Shown piece after piece: positions 22,246 through 33,225 of a stretch of DNA of 64,000 bases (position 1 is its first letter; each line of letters opens with the position of its first letter). The position numbers and the translations under genes are program-made. The stretch is taken from NCBI GenBank assembly GCA_900551815.1, contig URXE01000001.1, positions 3,948-67,947 on the forward strand. Reading direction: 5' to 3'. The notes under the pieces were generated by a model. That model did no database searches and was not told where the DNA came from. It worked only from the letters and a program-made list of their open reading frames with translations. This DNA comes from an uncultured Collinsella sp. GTDB lineage: Bacteria; Actinomycetota; Coriobacteriia; Coriobacteriales; Coriobacteriaceae.

Positions 22246-24741
22246 TTAGCTGATTCCCACAAACATGCAGCCCGAGGTCGCCCCGCGTAGGCGGGCGGCG
22301 GGCTTGCGGCCGGTCTGCGCTGCTTCGACGGCACGACGGACGCGGGCGACGGCACGGCCCACCTCATCCGTCTCGAGCAGCGTTCCGTCCACCATGAGGC
22401 GACGCACGCCGGCGTCGAGCAGCTGAGGAACCTGCGGCGTGAGGTCGATGGGGTAGGCATCGTACAGGCGAGAGCGGCCGTGGATGTCGGTGCGGACGGG
22501 CATGACCTTTCCGTCGATATTCTTGAGCGAGAGCTTGCGGGCACGCAGGCGGCAGTTGGCACAATCGTGGATGCAGCCATTGGCAACCTGCAGAATGCAA
22601 TGCTCGCTTGTCATGACGCGCGGGCGGCCAAAGACGGTGATGCCCAGAGCAGCGGGCGCGGCGGCGCCGAGCGAGACAATCTCGTCGAGCGTGATCTCGG
22701 GCGAGAGCCAAAACGCACCGGCGCCGCGCTCGGCAAGCGCCTCCATGCAGGGCGTGTTGTGCACCGGCAGGCAAGAGCGAATCTCGACCGTGGCGCCAGC
22801 CTGCGCGGCCAGGGCAAGCTCGGAGATATTGCCGACGGCGACGGTGGCTCCAGCATTGATCCAGGGATCGACGCGCTCGTGGTCGACGGCGCGGCAGACC
22901 TCGTCGAGTACGGGCACGATACCCTGCTCAAATGCATCGGCGGGGGAGAGCCTGGCCGCATCGAGCGCGTCGGTGGTCATGTAGATGCGCGTTGCACCCT
23001 CCACGCGCGCTGCCTCGGCGGCTTCGAGCGTGGTGACGGCGGCGCAGATCTGCGGCTCATCGCGGTAATGCTCGGGCGCGGGGCGGGAATCACTGGTTAC
23101 AATCGCCGGCAACTCGAGCGTTTTCGCACTCTCCTCGTACGGTGCCAGAATGGCCTCCTCGAGCGCTTTGCAGGCGGCGGCGCGCACCTTGTGCACGGCG
23201 GAGAAGCCCATACCGCAGCCGGCGTCGAGCGAAATGTCAAAGCTCGCTGCCTCAAAGGGCGAAGAGCCCATGCGGCCCACATGCTCAACCAGGTCTGCCG
23301 CCTCGACGGCGCGGGTCTTGGCGGCCTCGACGGTAAAGCCGGTGGCGGTGGCGGTAAGCGCGGGGTCGTCGCAGCAGGTGAGCGTAACGGTAAACGGCTC
23401 GCCCAGACGCGCCACAACGGACACGTCTACGGCGCGGCGGCGCAGCACGTCGCGCTTGAGCGCAGCGCCGGCGGCGTCGATGGCGCGCTGGCTTCGAATC
23501 ACGCGCACGCGGCAACCCTCGGGCATGCTACGGGGCACGCGGCACTCGATAACATCGCCGGCGGCGGCATCATCGGCGGCAATGGTGGTCAGGAACTGGT
23601 CGAACTCATCGTCGTGACGAAGCTCCAGCAAGTCGCCCTTGCCCACGGGCTCAAACAGCTCAATGCGGGCGATGGCGGCGCGGCGACGGCGGTCGTCGGG
23701 CTTGAGGCCGCGCACATCGCGGTTGGCCAGGCGGCTGCCCAGCACCGTGCCCACGATCTGGCCGCGGTTGTTGGAGCGCTCGTAGCTCATCATCTCGTCG
23801 CCCGAGGTGCCGTCCTGATAGGCGTGCGTAAAGTCGCGGTTGAAGCAGCGCTTGAGCTGGCGCTGACGGGCGGTTTCCTCGTCCTTGGCAACGGTGGCTC
23901 CGGATAGCATGTCGTCAATTTCGTGACGATACACATCAACGATGGAGTACACGTAATCGGGCGCTTTCATGCGGCCCTCGAGCTTGAGCGACGCGGCGCC
24001 GGCGTCATACAGACGGCGAACAAGCTGTGAGGTGTTGGTGTCGCGTGGGCACAGCGCACGCTCGCGGCCGGCGGGGGAGAGCGTGCGGCCGTTCTCGTCG
24101 ATCAGCTCGTAGGGCAGGCGGCAGGGCTGGGCGCACATGCCACGGTTGGCCGAGCGGCCCGCCATGGCAAAGCTTGACAGCAGGCACAGGCCCGAGTAGC
24201 AAAAGCAGATGGCACCGTGGCTAAAGACCTCCAGGTCCACATCGGGCGCGGCATCGTGAATGGCGGCAATCTCGTCGATGGAAAGCTCGCGCGAGAGGGT
24301 CACGCGGTCGGCGCCCTGCTCGCGGCACCAAAGGGTTCCGCGGTCATCGTGGATGTTCGCTTGGGTCGAGATATGCGTCTCGATGCCGGGCATGGTGCGT
24401 TTGACCTCAAAGAACAGGCCCCAGTCCTGGATGATGAAGGCGTCAGCGCCCAGCGTGGAGCAGCGATGGATGAGTTGCAGCGCATCGCCCATCTCGGACT
24501 GCTTGATGACGATGTTGACCGTGACGTAGACGCGCGACCCGGCCAGATGTGCGGCGCGGCAGGCCTGCTCAAAGGCCTCGTCGGTAAAGTTGGTGGCCTT
24601 GCGGCGGGCGTTGAAGCTTCCCATGCCGCAGTAGATGGCGTCTGCCCCGGCAGCGAGTGCGGCGGCAAAGGGCTCCGGGCCTCCGGCGGGGGCCAAGAGC
24701 TCGGGTCTGCGGTTGGTGGTTCGACTGGCGGTTGCGGTCAT
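22246..24741 (-). CDS. Long U32-family protein (RlhA-like RNA hydroxylase)
   Basis: PELLAPAG, HISTQ, HGAICFCYSGLC...NRGMCAQPCR Fe-S motif, LKLEGRMK. Confidence 0.85.
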   Translation of the reverse strand: MTATASRTTNRRPELLAPAGGPEPFAAALAAGADAIYCGMGSFNARRKATNFTDEAFEQACRAAHLAGSRVYVTVNIVIKQSEMGDALQLIHRCSTLGADAFIIQDWGLFFEVKRTMPGIETHISTQANIHDDRGTLWCREQGADRVTLSRELSIDEIAAIHDAAPDVDLEVFSHGAICFCYSGLCLLSSFAMAGRSANRGMCAQPCRLPYELIDENGRTLSPAGRERALCPRDTNTSQLVRRLYDAGAASLKLEGRMKAPDYVYSIVDVYRHEIDDMLSGATVAKDEETARQRQLKRCFNRDFTHAYQDGTSGDEMMSYERSNNRGQIVGTVLGSRLANRDVRGLKPDDRRRRAAIARIELFEPVGKGDLLELRHDDEFDQFLTTIAADDAAAGDVIECRVPRSMPEGCRVRVIRSQRAIDAAGAALKRDVLRRRAVDVSVVARLGEPFTVTLTCCDDPALTATATGFTVEAAKTRAVEAADLVEHVGRMGSSPFEAASFDISLDAGCGMGFSAVHKVRAAACKALEEAILAPYEESAKTLELPAIVTSDSRPAPEHYRDEPQICAAVTTLEAAEAARVEGATRIYMTTDALDAARLSPADAFEQGIVPVLDEVCRAVDHERVDPWINAGATVAVGNISELALAAQAGATVEIRSCLPVHNTPCMEALAERGAGAFWLSPEITLDEIVSLGAAAPAALGITVFGRPRVMTSEHCILQVANGCIHDCANCRLRARKLSLKNIDGKVMPVRTDIHGRSRLYDAYPIDLTPQVPQLLDAGVRRLMVDGTLLETDEVGRAVARVRRAVEAAQTGRKPAARLRGATSGCMFVGIS

Positions 24742-24847
24742 ATCCTGCCTTTCAAAATGCTCAGATATTCAAAAGTATAGTGGTGCTGTTGCGGCGGACG
24801 AGCCCTGTGGCCCAAGCAGGATAAAGTCTTCAGCAGCCCTTGCAGCA

Positions 24848-24919
24848 AAAATGATCTGTTTCCCTCCGTCCCCTATGGATCACCTAATCCGATGGGGACG
24901 GAGGGAAACAGATCATTTT
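24848..24919. repeat. 26-bp perfect inverted repeat; single-arm copy at 25582-25607
   Basis: AAAATGATCTGTTTCCCTCCGTCCCC ... GGGGACGGAGGGAAACAGATCATTTT. Confidence 0.8.
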
Positions 24920-25119
24920 GAACTTCACCGTCCGTTCGTGCCGTTCAGCGGCCGACAGGCGCCGTAGGGCGATAAATTATTCTCGCAACGTGATAATAAT
25001 CTTGCATCGCGCGGAAACCTTGAGTACTATCCCAAATCAAGCGCGGTGTTCAGACCGAATTGTGCCTCCCGGTGTGAACGCCGCGCTCACGCTCTCTATC
25101 TGATCGTAAGGAGAAAAAC

Positions 25120-25497
25120 ATGAGCAAGACCGTCGTGTCTTCCGATAACGCACCCGCAGCCATCGGCCCGTATTCCCCCGGCATCCAGACCGGCAACATG
25201 GTGTTCTTGTCCGGCCAGCTGGGCATCGACCCCGCAACCGGCAAGATGCCCGAGGGCGTCGAGGCCCAGGCTAAGCAGTCCCTTGCTAACGTCGAGGCTC
25301 TGCTGACCGCTGCCGGCGCCACCTTTGCCGATGTCGTCAAGACCACGGTCTACCTGGCCGACATTGCCGACTTCGCTGCCGTGAACGAGATCTACGCTTC
25401 CAAGTTCGAGGCTCCGTTCCCCGCGCGCAGCGCTTTCCAGGTTGCCGCTCTTCCGGCCGGCGGTCTGGTCGAGATCGAGGTCGTCGCCGCTCTCTAA
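25120..25497 (+). CDS. ridA: RidA family enamine/imine deaminase
   Basis: APAAIGPYS, SGQLG, FPARSAFQV, LVEIE. Confidence 0.92.
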   Translation: MSKTVVSSDNAPAAIGPYSPGIQTGNMVFLSGQLGIDPATGKMPEGVEAQAKQSLANVEALLTAAGATFADVVKTTVYLADIADFAAVNEIYASKFEAPFPARSAFQVAALPAGGLVEIEVVAAL

Positions 25498-25526
25498 GAC
25501 GTTGGCGAAAACAAAACATGACATGC

Positions 25527-25565
25527 AAAAAGACCCTGCAGTGCGTGTGAACTGCAGGGTCTTTT
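25527..25565. terminator. Bidirectional intrinsic terminator
   Basis: AAAAAGACCCTGCAGT-N8-ACTGCAGGGTCTTTT between convergent genes. Confidence 0.85.
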
Positions 25566-25619
25566 GTCAAGCGATGCGACAAAAATGATCCGTTTCCCTC
25601 CGTCCCCAAGGGTTAACGT

Positions 25620-26282
25620 TTAGCCTTCCTTGCGGACTTTTTGCAGGTAGCGGTAGACGCTGGGCTCCGAGATGCCCAGCGCGGTGGCGGCGCAGGCCAC
25701 GGCGCCCTTGAGCATGAACACCCCGTTGCCGTTGAGGTGGCGAATGACGTCCACGCGGTCGCTCTGACCAAGCGACGCTACATCCAGCCCGCGCGCGCTC
25801 AGCAACTCGGAAATACTGCGGTCGATGAGTTCCTGCGTAGACTCCGAAAGGCTTTCGACCTCGATAGACGCGGGCTCCGCCTGTCTAGGCGCCGCGTCGA
25901 AGCAGGCCATGAGCTGCTGCGCCATGGCGTTGATGGAGCGCACGGTCGAGAGGTCGGTGTTGACGCAGAGCATACCGACAATCTCGTCATTCTCGCGGAT
26001 AAAGTACGTCGCCGACTCCAACGTCTTGCCACCGGCACCGCGCCCCTCGTAGCCCGTAATAAACGGCAGGTCGCGATACTTGGCGTCGTGCATGATCTTG
26101 AGTGCCAGGTCGGTGGCGGGACCGCCGACCTTGCGGCCGCTCACGATGCCGTTGCGAATATCGACGATGGCGTGGTCGGGATCCGAGAAATCGTGCAGCA
26201 CGATTTCGCTGTTTTTGCCGAGTATCTGCTCCAGGAAATCGACCATCGGCAAAAAGCGACGTACGGTCTCGTTCACGGGCAA
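25620..26282 (-). CDS. YheO-like PAS + HTH transcriptional regulator
   Basis: EIVLHD, SGRKVGGPATD, LCVN, C-terminal GVFMLKGAV...VYRYL. Confidence 0.88.
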   Translation of the reverse strand: MPVNETVRRFLPMVDFLEQILGKNSEIVLHDFSDPDHAIVDIRNGIVSGRKVGGPATDLALKIMHDAKYRDLPFITGYEGRGAGGKTLESATYFIRENDEIVGMLCVNTDLSTVRSINAMAQQLMACFDAAPRQAEPASIEVESLSESTQELIDRSISELLSARGLDVASLGQSDRVDVIRHLNGNGVFMLKGAVACAATALGISEPSVYRYLQKVRKEG

Positions 26283-26627
26283 CTCCTTTTGGTTCTATCG
26301 AAGTGTTCATAACAATTTTTTATCATGGTAACACGCTGCTCATCATCTCGTATATCAGCAGGTACATTGCGTAATACAGACGAACGGTAGGAATTTGGCG
26401 GTAAACGGTTGACCAAAAGAAAAGTTAGATGTTATTTTGACCAGACACTTTCCTGACCTGCGGAAATGCGTTATCTCAGCTGAAGAATAGTCTGATAACA
26501 AAAAATTATTATTGAGAATGAGAATCATCTTTAATACGATATGCAACGAAGGCACAACCTCAACCCCGCGCTGCGTCACAATAGAGCGTTAGATGCGAAA
26601 ACAACTATTTCGAGGATTGGTGGTCAA

Positions 26628-28022
26628 ATGACCCAGGAGACGGTTACGAACGGCACTGAAGCCCTGTTCACTCGCGAAGGCATGCCGCCCGTTAAGGAAA
26701 TGATCCCGTGTGCCCTTCAGCATGTACTGGCATCGTTTGCCGGCATCATTACACCGGCGGTCATCATGGCCGGTGTCTACGGCTTTAATAGCCAGCAGAG
26801 CACCGACATCATCCAGGTTGCACTCATTCTTTCGGCAATCGACACGGCCCTTCAGGCCTTCGCTCCCTTCCGTCGTATCGGCGGCGGCCTGCCCATCGTC
26901 ATGGGCGTTTCGTTCGCGTTCCTGCCGGCCCTTCAGGCCATGGGCGCCTCGGGCTTTAGCTTTGGCGCGCTGCTGGGCGGCGAGATCGTCGGCGGTGCCG
27001 TCGCGGTTCTCTTTGGTCTGGCCTACAGCAAGATCAAGTGGCTGTTCCCGCCCGTCGTGACCGGTACGGTCATCTTCTCCATTGGCGTCTCTCTCTATCC
27101 CACGGCCGTCAAGTACATGGCCGGCGGTATGGGTACGCCGCTGTGGGGCACCCCGCAGGCCTGGTGCGTCGCTCTTATCACCTTCGCCGTGGTCTTTGCG
27201 CTCGCCAACTTTGGCAAGGGCACGCTCAAGCTGGGATCCGTGTTCTTTGGCATGATCGTCGGCATGATCGTCTCCATCCCCTTTGGCATGATCGACTTCT
27301 CCAGCGTCGCCACCGCTCAGGTCTTCGCCCTTCCCAAGCTTATGCCCTACGCGCTCGAGTTTGATCCCGAGGTCTGCATTACCCTCGCTGTCGTGTTCCC
27401 CATGGTTGCCATCCAGGTTATCGGTGACGTTTCCGCCGCCTGCCTGGGCTCCATCGACCGTATGCCCACCGAGCGCGAGCTCTCCGGCGCTATTGTGTCT
27501 CAGGGCCTCACCTCTATGGTCGGCGGCCTGCTGGGCGGTCTTCCCACCAGCGCCCTTGGCCAGAACGTGGGCATCATCTGCTCCAACAAGGTCGTCAACA
27601 AGTGGGTCTTTGTGATCATCGCGGCCGTCTTTGCCATCGCCGGCCTGTTCCCGCAGCTCTCTGCCGTCCTTTCCGCCATCCCGCAGCCTGTCATCGGCGG
27701 CGCGACCGTCGGCGTCTTTGGCACCATCACCATGAACGGTGTGCGCATGTTCACCCGCGAGGGCCTCACGCAGCGCACCACCACCATCGTCGGCACCTCG
27801 GTCGTCTTTGGCCTGGGTATCTGGATGGCCAGCGGTTGCCTTGCCGGCGAGGGCATGCCCACCTGGGTGTCCACCGTCATCGGCTCCAACGCCGTGACCC
27901 CCACCGCCATCATGGCCATTGTCCTTAACCTGATCCTTCCGCAGACGCCGGTCGTGGCTCAGCACATCGATGCCGCCAAGGATGCCGCTGTGGATCTGGT
28001 CCTGCCCGAGAGCAAGAAGTAA
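26628..28022 (+). CDS. NCS2 (uracil/xanthine) permease
   Basis: LQHVLA, FPPVVTG, QNVG signature, PQPVIGG. Confidence 0.92.
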   Translation: MTQETVTNGTEALFTREGMPPVKEMIPCALQHVLASFAGIITPAVIMAGVYGFNSQQSTDIIQVALILSAIDTALQAFAPFRRIGGGLPIVMGVSFAFLPALQAMGASGFSFGALLGGEIVGGAVAVLFGLAYSKIKWLFPPVVTGTVIFSIGVSLYPTAVKYMAGGMGTPLWGTPQAWCVALITFAVVFALANFGKGTLKLGSVFFGMIVGMIVSIPFGMIDFSSVATAQVFALPKLMPYALEFDPEVCITLAVVFPMVAIQVIGDVSAACLGSIDRMPTERELSGAIVSQGLTSMVGGLLGGLPTSALGQNVGIICSNKVVNKWVFVIIAAVFAIAGLFPQLSAVLSAIPQPVIGGATVGVFGTITMNGVRMFTREGLTQRTTTIVGTSVVFGLGIWMASGCLAGEGMPTWVSTVIGSNAVTPTAIMAIVLNLILPQTPVVAQHIDAAKDAAVDLVLPESKK

Positions 28023-28218
28023 CCAATTCGGTGCTATTCGCCGGCGGACGCATCGCCTCGTCCGCCGGCGCCATGCGGCGCCAAGCCGCACTTCAAAGGG
28101 CTTGTCCCTTTGGTGAAGCGTTGACGGGAGAGGGCCCGTTTCCGGTGTAGGCCGGCGCTTCGCACTTCCGCCATGTCAGAGGTGTCAAACCCCGCCTCTG
28201 ATGTTGAAGGGAGCATTT

Positions 28219-29574
28219 ATGCTTCTGGTCGCTAACGGTTCCGTCTTTACCCGCAACGCTCAGACTCCGTTCATTCCCAACGGTGCGGTCGCCATTGACG
28301 GAGATACGATCGTCGAAGTGGGCCCCGAGCGCGAGCTCAAGGCCAAGTACCCGGATGCCGAGTACGTCGACGCCCAGGGCAACCTCATCATGCCCGGACT
28401 TATCAACTGCCACACCCACATCTACTCGGGTCTGGCCCGCGGCCTTGCCATTAAGGGCTGCAACCCCACCAACTTCCTGGAGAATCTTGAGCAGCAGTGG
28501 TGGAAGATCGACGACAACCTGACGCTCGACGGCACCAAGGCCAGCGCCTATGCCACGATTCTGGATTCCATCCGCGACGGCGTCACCACGATCTTCGATC
28601 ACCATGCGAGTTTCTGCGAGATCCCAGGCAGCCTCTTTACCATTAAGGACGCCGCACAGGAGCTGGGCATGCGTTCGTGCCTGTGCTACGAGGTTTCCGA
28701 CCGCCGTGGTCAGGAAAAATGCGACCAGGCTATTGCCGAGAACGCCGAGTTTGCCCAGTGGGCCGCCAAGGAGCGTCGCGATAACGACAACCACATGATC
28801 GCCGCAATGTTTGGCGGTCACGCCACCTTTACGCTGTCGGACGAGACTATGGATAAGATGGCCGAGGCCAACAACGGCCTGACCGGCTTCCACATCCACG
28901 TGTGCGAGGGCATGAACGATGTGTGGGATTCCCGCCTCAACCGCGGCGGCATCAGCCCCGTCGAGCGCCTGCTGCAGCACAACCTGCTCGGTCCCGACAC
29001 CATGCTGGGTCACTGCATCCACGTGACGCCCGCCGAGATGGATATCGTCAAGGAGTCCGGCACCTGGCTGGTTAACAACCCCGAATCCAATATGGGCAAT
29101 GCCGTGGGCTGCGCCCCCGTGCTCGAGTTCTTCCGCCGCGGCATCCCCGTGTGCATGGGCACCGACGCCTACACCCACGATATGCTCGAGAGCCTCAAGG
29201 TCTTCCTGATTATTCAGCGCCACAACGCCGCTATGCCCAACGTGGGCTGGTGCGAGGCCATGACCATGCTGTTTGAGAATAACGCCAAGATGGCCAGCAA
29301 GTACTTCGATCGCAAGCTCGGTGTGCTTGAGCCCGGCGCTGCCGCCGACGTCATCGTCATGGACTATAAGCCCTTTACGCCGCTGAGCGAGGAGAACATC
29401 GACGGCCACATGCTCTTTGGCATGATGGGCAAAAACTGCCGCACCACCATCATCAACGGCCGCGTCCTGTACAAGGATCGCGAGTTTGTTGGCATTGATG
29501 AGGACAAGATCAACGCGTGGACCATGGCCGAGTCCAAGAAGCTCTGGAGCACGCTCAACGATCGCGCCTACTAA
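28219..29574 (+). CDS. ssnA: Aminohydrolase SsnA
   Basis: PGLINCHTHIYS, FDHHAS, NNPESNMGNAVG, GTD. Confidence 0.9.
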   Translation: MLLVANGSVFTRNAQTPFIPNGAVAIDGDTIVEVGPERELKAKYPDAEYVDAQGNLIMPGLINCHTHIYSGLARGLAIKGCNPTNFLENLEQQWWKIDDNLTLDGTKASAYATILDSIRDGVTTIFDHHASFCEIPGSLFTIKDAAQELGMRSCLCYEVSDRRGQEKCDQAIAENAEFAQWAAKERRDNDNHMIAAMFGGHATFTLSDETMDKMAEANNGLTGFHIHVCEGMNDVWDSRLNRGGISPVERLLQHNLLGPDTMLGHCIHVTPAEMDIVKESGTWLVNNPESNMGNAVGCAPVLEFFRRGIPVCMGTDAYTHDMLESLKVFLIIQRHNAAMPNVGWCEAMTMLFENNAKMASKYFDRKLGVLEPGAAADVIVMDYKPFTPLSEENIDGHMLFGMMGKNCRTTIINGRVLYKDREFVGIDEDKINAWTMAESKKLWSTLNDRAY

Positions 29575-29722
29575 TTACAAGTAGATTCACGCGCGTCGGA
29601 TGTTTCGCCGCATCCGACGCGCGTATAGGCGACCTCCGCGGGGTCGCCGGCGCTGTGCTAGCGCTACACCGTATTTGCGCCCGCCGCGCGGTCTCGCCGG
29701 GCGTTACAGAGAGGAGCTCACT

Positions 29723-32722
29723 ATGAGCGACATCATGAGGCCGATCCCGTTTTCGCAGCTGATGAACTGGATCATCGAGGAGCACAAGACCCAGGGCGCC
29801 GTCTTTGGCGTGCGCAAGATGGTCACGACCAACCAGGAGGGCGCGCTTCCCATTTTTGACGAGCGCATCGAGACCCCGTTTGGCCCGGCCGCCGGCCCCA
29901 ATACGCAGCTTGCCCAGAACATCGTGGCATCCTATGTGGCCGGTTCCCGCTTCTTTGAGCTCAAGACCGTCCAGGTTATGGATGGCGAGGAGCTCTCCAA
30001 GTGTGTGAACAAACCCTGCATCGTGGCGCAGGACGAGTGCTACAACTGCGAGTGGTCGACTGAGCTCGAGGTTCCGCAGGCCTTTGCCGAGTACGTGAAG
30101 GCATGGTTCGCCTGCCACCTGATCGCTCGCGAGTACGGCCTGGGAAGCCCGGACGGTTTTGTCTTTAACATGTCCGTTGGCTATGACCTGGAGGGCATTA
30201 AGAGCCCCAAGGTCGATGCGTACATTGAGGGTATGAAGGACGCCAGCGGCTCCGAGGTTTGGAACGAGTGCCGCACGTGGGCGCTCGCTAACCTGGACAA
30301 GTTTGAGCATGTCGATGCCGCATTTGTCGAGTCCATCCCGGCGCGCGTCTCCAACTCCATCACCGAGTCTACCCTGCACGGCTGCCCGCCGGCGGAGATC
30401 GAGCGCATCGCGACCTATCTGATCACCGAGAAGGGCCTCAACACCTACATTAAGTGCAACCCCACGCTGCTGGGCTATGAGTTTGCCCGCCAGCGTCTGA
30501 ACGAGCTGGGCTTTGACTACATCGTCTTCGATGACACGCACTTCCGCGAGGACCTGCAGTGGGCCGATGCCGTGCCTATGTTCGAGCGCCTGATTGCCCT
30601 GTGCGCCGAGCGCGGCCTGGAGTTTGGCGTCAAGCTCACCAATACCTTCCCCGTCGACGTGACGAGGAACGAGCTGCCTTCCACCGAGATGTACATGTCC
30701 GGCCGTTCGCTGTTCTCGCTGACCATCGAGGCCGCCCGTCGCATTACCGAGCAGTTCGATGGCAAGCTGCGTATCAGCTACTCCGGCGGTGCCACGGTCT
30801 ACAACATCCGCGCCCTGTACGATGCCGGCATTTGGCCCGTCACCCTGGCGACCGACGTGCTCAAGCCCGGTGGCTACGAGCGCTTTAGCCAGATGGCCGG
30901 TGAGTTTACCGACCTGGACGGCAAGCCGTTTGAGGGCATTTCGCTCGAGGCCGTGACTGCGATCCAGACCGACTCGCTCACCAACCCGCTCTACAAGAAG
31001 CCGCTGCGCCCGCTGCCCGACCGCAAGGTCGCCGGCAAGAGCCCGCTTTCCGACTGCTTTACCACGCCGTGCCGCACGAGCTGCCCTATCCAGCAGGATA
31101 TTCCCGCCTACTTGGCGGCTGTTGACGAGGGCCGCTACGAGGACGCACTCAACATCATCATCGAGCGCAACGCCCTGCCGTTCATTACCGGCACCATCTG
31201 CCCGCATCCCTGCGGCCGTGCCTGCGAGCGTGCGTTCTACGAGCCCGAGGGCGCCCAGATCCGCGCCAGCAAGTTCAAGGCCGCCCGCGAGGCCATGACC
31301 GCCGTGCTGCCCAAGCTGCGCGCTCAGGCCATCGCCAACGACGGCGAGCGCAACGTAGCCGTTATCGGCGGCGGCCCGGCCGGCCTAGCGACGGCGTTTT
31401 TCCTGACGCGCGACGGCGTGCCCGTCACCATCTTCGAGGCCCGCGACTCGCTCGGCGGCGTGGTCCGTCACGTGATCCCCGAGTTCCGTATCGCCAGCGA
31501 CGATATCTCCCACGACGCCGAGCTCTGCCTGGCCTTTGGCGCCAAGGTGCAGCTCAATGCTCGCGTGGAGTCCATCGACGAGCTCAAGGCTCAGGGCTTT
31601 ACCGACGTTGTCGTGGCCACCGGTGCCTGGATGCCCGGCTCTGCGGGCCTGGGCGAGGGTGCCGAGCTCGATGTACTGGAGTTCCTCGAGGCTGCCAAGA
31701 AGGGCGAGAAGCTCGAGCTGGGCGAGGATGTCGTGGTCATCGGCGCCGGCAACACCGCCATGGACGCGGCTCGCGTGGCCAAGCGCCTGGCTGGTGTGAA
31801 GAACGTGCGCCTGGTGTATCGCCGCACCAAGAAGCAGATGCCCGCCGACGAGGAAGAGCTCGATCTCGCTCTTGCCGACGGCGTTGAGTTCTGCGAGCTG
31901 CTGGCGCCCAAGGCACTCAACGGCGCCGTGCTGACCTGCGACGTTATGGAGCTTGGCGAGCCGGATGCAAGCGGCCGTCGCAGCCCCGTCGCCACGGGTG
32001 AGACCGTCGAGCTTCCCGCCACCACGGTGATCTGCGCCGTGGGCGAGGGCATCGACGCCAGCCTGTACGATGCCGCGGGCGTCGAGCACGACCGTCGCGG
32101 CCGTCTTGCCGCCACCTCCACCGGCGTCGAGGGCGTCTGGGCTGCGGGCGACTGCCGTCGCGGTCCTGCCACCGTGGTTGAGGCTATTGCCGACGCCGCC
32201 GAAGTCGCCCGCGCCATCGCCGGCGTGGACTTTAACAAGTACGCCGATTGCAACGAGCAGGCTGGCCGCGAGGATACCTGCTACGAGCGCAAGGGGTCGC
32301 TGTGCCGCGACAAGCGCAACTGCACCAAGACCCGCTGCCTGGGCTGCGGCTCGGTGTGCGAGGTCTGCTGCGACGTGTGCCCCAACCGCGCCAACGTTGC
32401 CATTAAGGTGCCGGGCCTGGCCAAGCATCAGGTCGTCCACGTCGACGGCATGTGCAACGAGTGCGGCAACTGCGCCGTGTTCTGCCCCTACCAGGAGGGT
32501 CGTCCCTACAAGGACAAGCTCACCCTGTTCTGGAGCGAGCAGGACATGGAGAACTCCGAGAACGAGGGCTTCCTGGCCGTGGACGAGGATCACTTTAAGG
32601 TCCGCGTCGCCGGCACGGTCCGCACCGTCTCGGTCGATGCCGTCAACACCGGTCTGCCCGAGGCCGTCCGCCTGACCATCAGGGCCGTGCGCGACAACTA
32701 TTCGTACCTTCTTAAGAAATAG
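29723..32722 (+). CDS. ygfK: YgfK flavin/Fe-S oxidoreductase (annotated putative selenate reductase)
   Basis: MSDIMRPIPF, GPAAGPNTQLAQN, YNCEWSTEL, GGGPAG, C-terminal CNECGNC. Confidence 0.92.
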   Translation: MSDIMRPIPFSQLMNWIIEEHKTQGAVFGVRKMVTTNQEGALPIFDERIETPFGPAAGPNTQLAQNIVASYVAGSRFFELKTVQVMDGEELSKCVNKPCIVAQDECYNCEWSTELEVPQAFAEYVKAWFACHLIAREYGLGSPDGFVFNMSVGYDLEGIKSPKVDAYIEGMKDASGSEVWNECRTWALANLDKFEHVDAAFVESIPARVSNSITESTLHGCPPAEIERIATYLITEKGLNTYIKCNPTLLGYEFARQRLNELGFDYIVFDDTHFREDLQWADAVPMFERLIALCAERGLEFGVKLTNTFPVDVTRNELPSTEMYMSGRSLFSLTIEAARRITEQFDGKLRISYSGGATVYNIRALYDAGIWPVTLATDVLKPGGYERFSQMAGEFTDLDGKPFEGISLEAVTAIQTDSLTNPLYKKPLRPLPDRKVAGKSPLSDCFTTPCRTSCPIQQDIPAYLAAVDEGRYEDALNIIIERNALPFITGTICPHPCGRACERAFYEPEGAQIRASKFKAAREAMTAVLPKLRAQAIANDGERNVAVIGGGPAGLATAFFLTRDGVPVTIFEARDSLGGVVRHVIPEFRIASDDISHDAELCLAFGAKVQLNARVESIDELKAQGFTDVVVATGAWMPGSAGLGEGAELDVLEFLEAAKKGEKLELGEDVVVIGAGNTAMDAARVAKRLAGVKNVRLVYRRTKKQMPADEEELDLALADGVEFCELLAPKALNGAVLTCDVMELGEPDASGRRSPVATGETVELPATTVICAVGEGIDASLYDAAGVEHDRRGRLAATSTGVEGVWAAGDCRRGPATVVEAIADAAEVARAIAGVDFNKYADCNEQAGREDTCYERKGSLCRDKRNCTKTRCLGCGSVCEVCCDVCPNRANVAIKVPGLAKHQVVHVDGMCNECGNCAVFCPYQEGRPYKDKLTLFWSEQDMENSENEGFLAVDEDHFKVRVAGTVRTVSVDAVNTGLPEAVRLTIRAVRDNYSYLLKK

Positions 32723-32733
32723 GCGAGTCTCTT

Positions 32734-33213
32734 ATGGCCAAATCCATTCAACATAACGTGGCCTACGTTGCCTGCGGAAGCGGTTGCGCCTCCGCAGGCG
32801 GCGACGCCCGCTGCAGCGAAGGTTGCATTGGCTGTGGCGCCTGCGTCACGGCCTGCCCCCACGGTGCCATCGCACTGGTCGACGGCGTCGCCCGCGTGGA
32901 CCGCTCCAAGTGCACGGGCTGTGGCCTGTGCGGCATGGCGTGCCCGCAGCGCGTGATTGCCTTCGTTCCCGGCTACCAGAACATCCTGGTGCGCTGCAAC
33001 AACACCGATAAGGGCGCCATTGCCCGCAAGATCTGCGACACCAGCTGCATCGGTTGCGGCATGTGCGCCAAAAAGTGCCCCGCCGGCGCTATCCGCATCG
33101 AGGACAACTGCGCCCATATCGATGGCGCGGATTGTCTGTCGTGCGGCATGTGCGCCGTCGTCTGCCCGCATGGCGCTATCCACGACCGCACCGGCATCGC
33201 CGCCGGCGTGTAG
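32734..33213 (+). CDS. Polyferredoxin (4Fe-4S)
   Basis: Four CxxCxxCxxxCP motifs. Confidence 0.9.
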   Translation: MAKSIQHNVAYVACGSGCASAGGDARCSEGCIGCGACVTACPHGAIALVDGVARVDRSKCTGCGLCGMACPQRVIAFVPGYQNILVRCNNTDKGAIARKICDTSCIGCGMCAKKCPAGAIRIEDNCAHIDGADCLSCGMCAVVCPHGAIHDRTGIAAGV

Positions 33214-33225
33214 AAGGGAATCACC

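Noticed and set aside
26283..26627. Purine or Moco riboswitch upstream of the permease or Moco genes
   Set aside because: No recognisable aptamer consensus by eye; an Rfam cmscan would settle it
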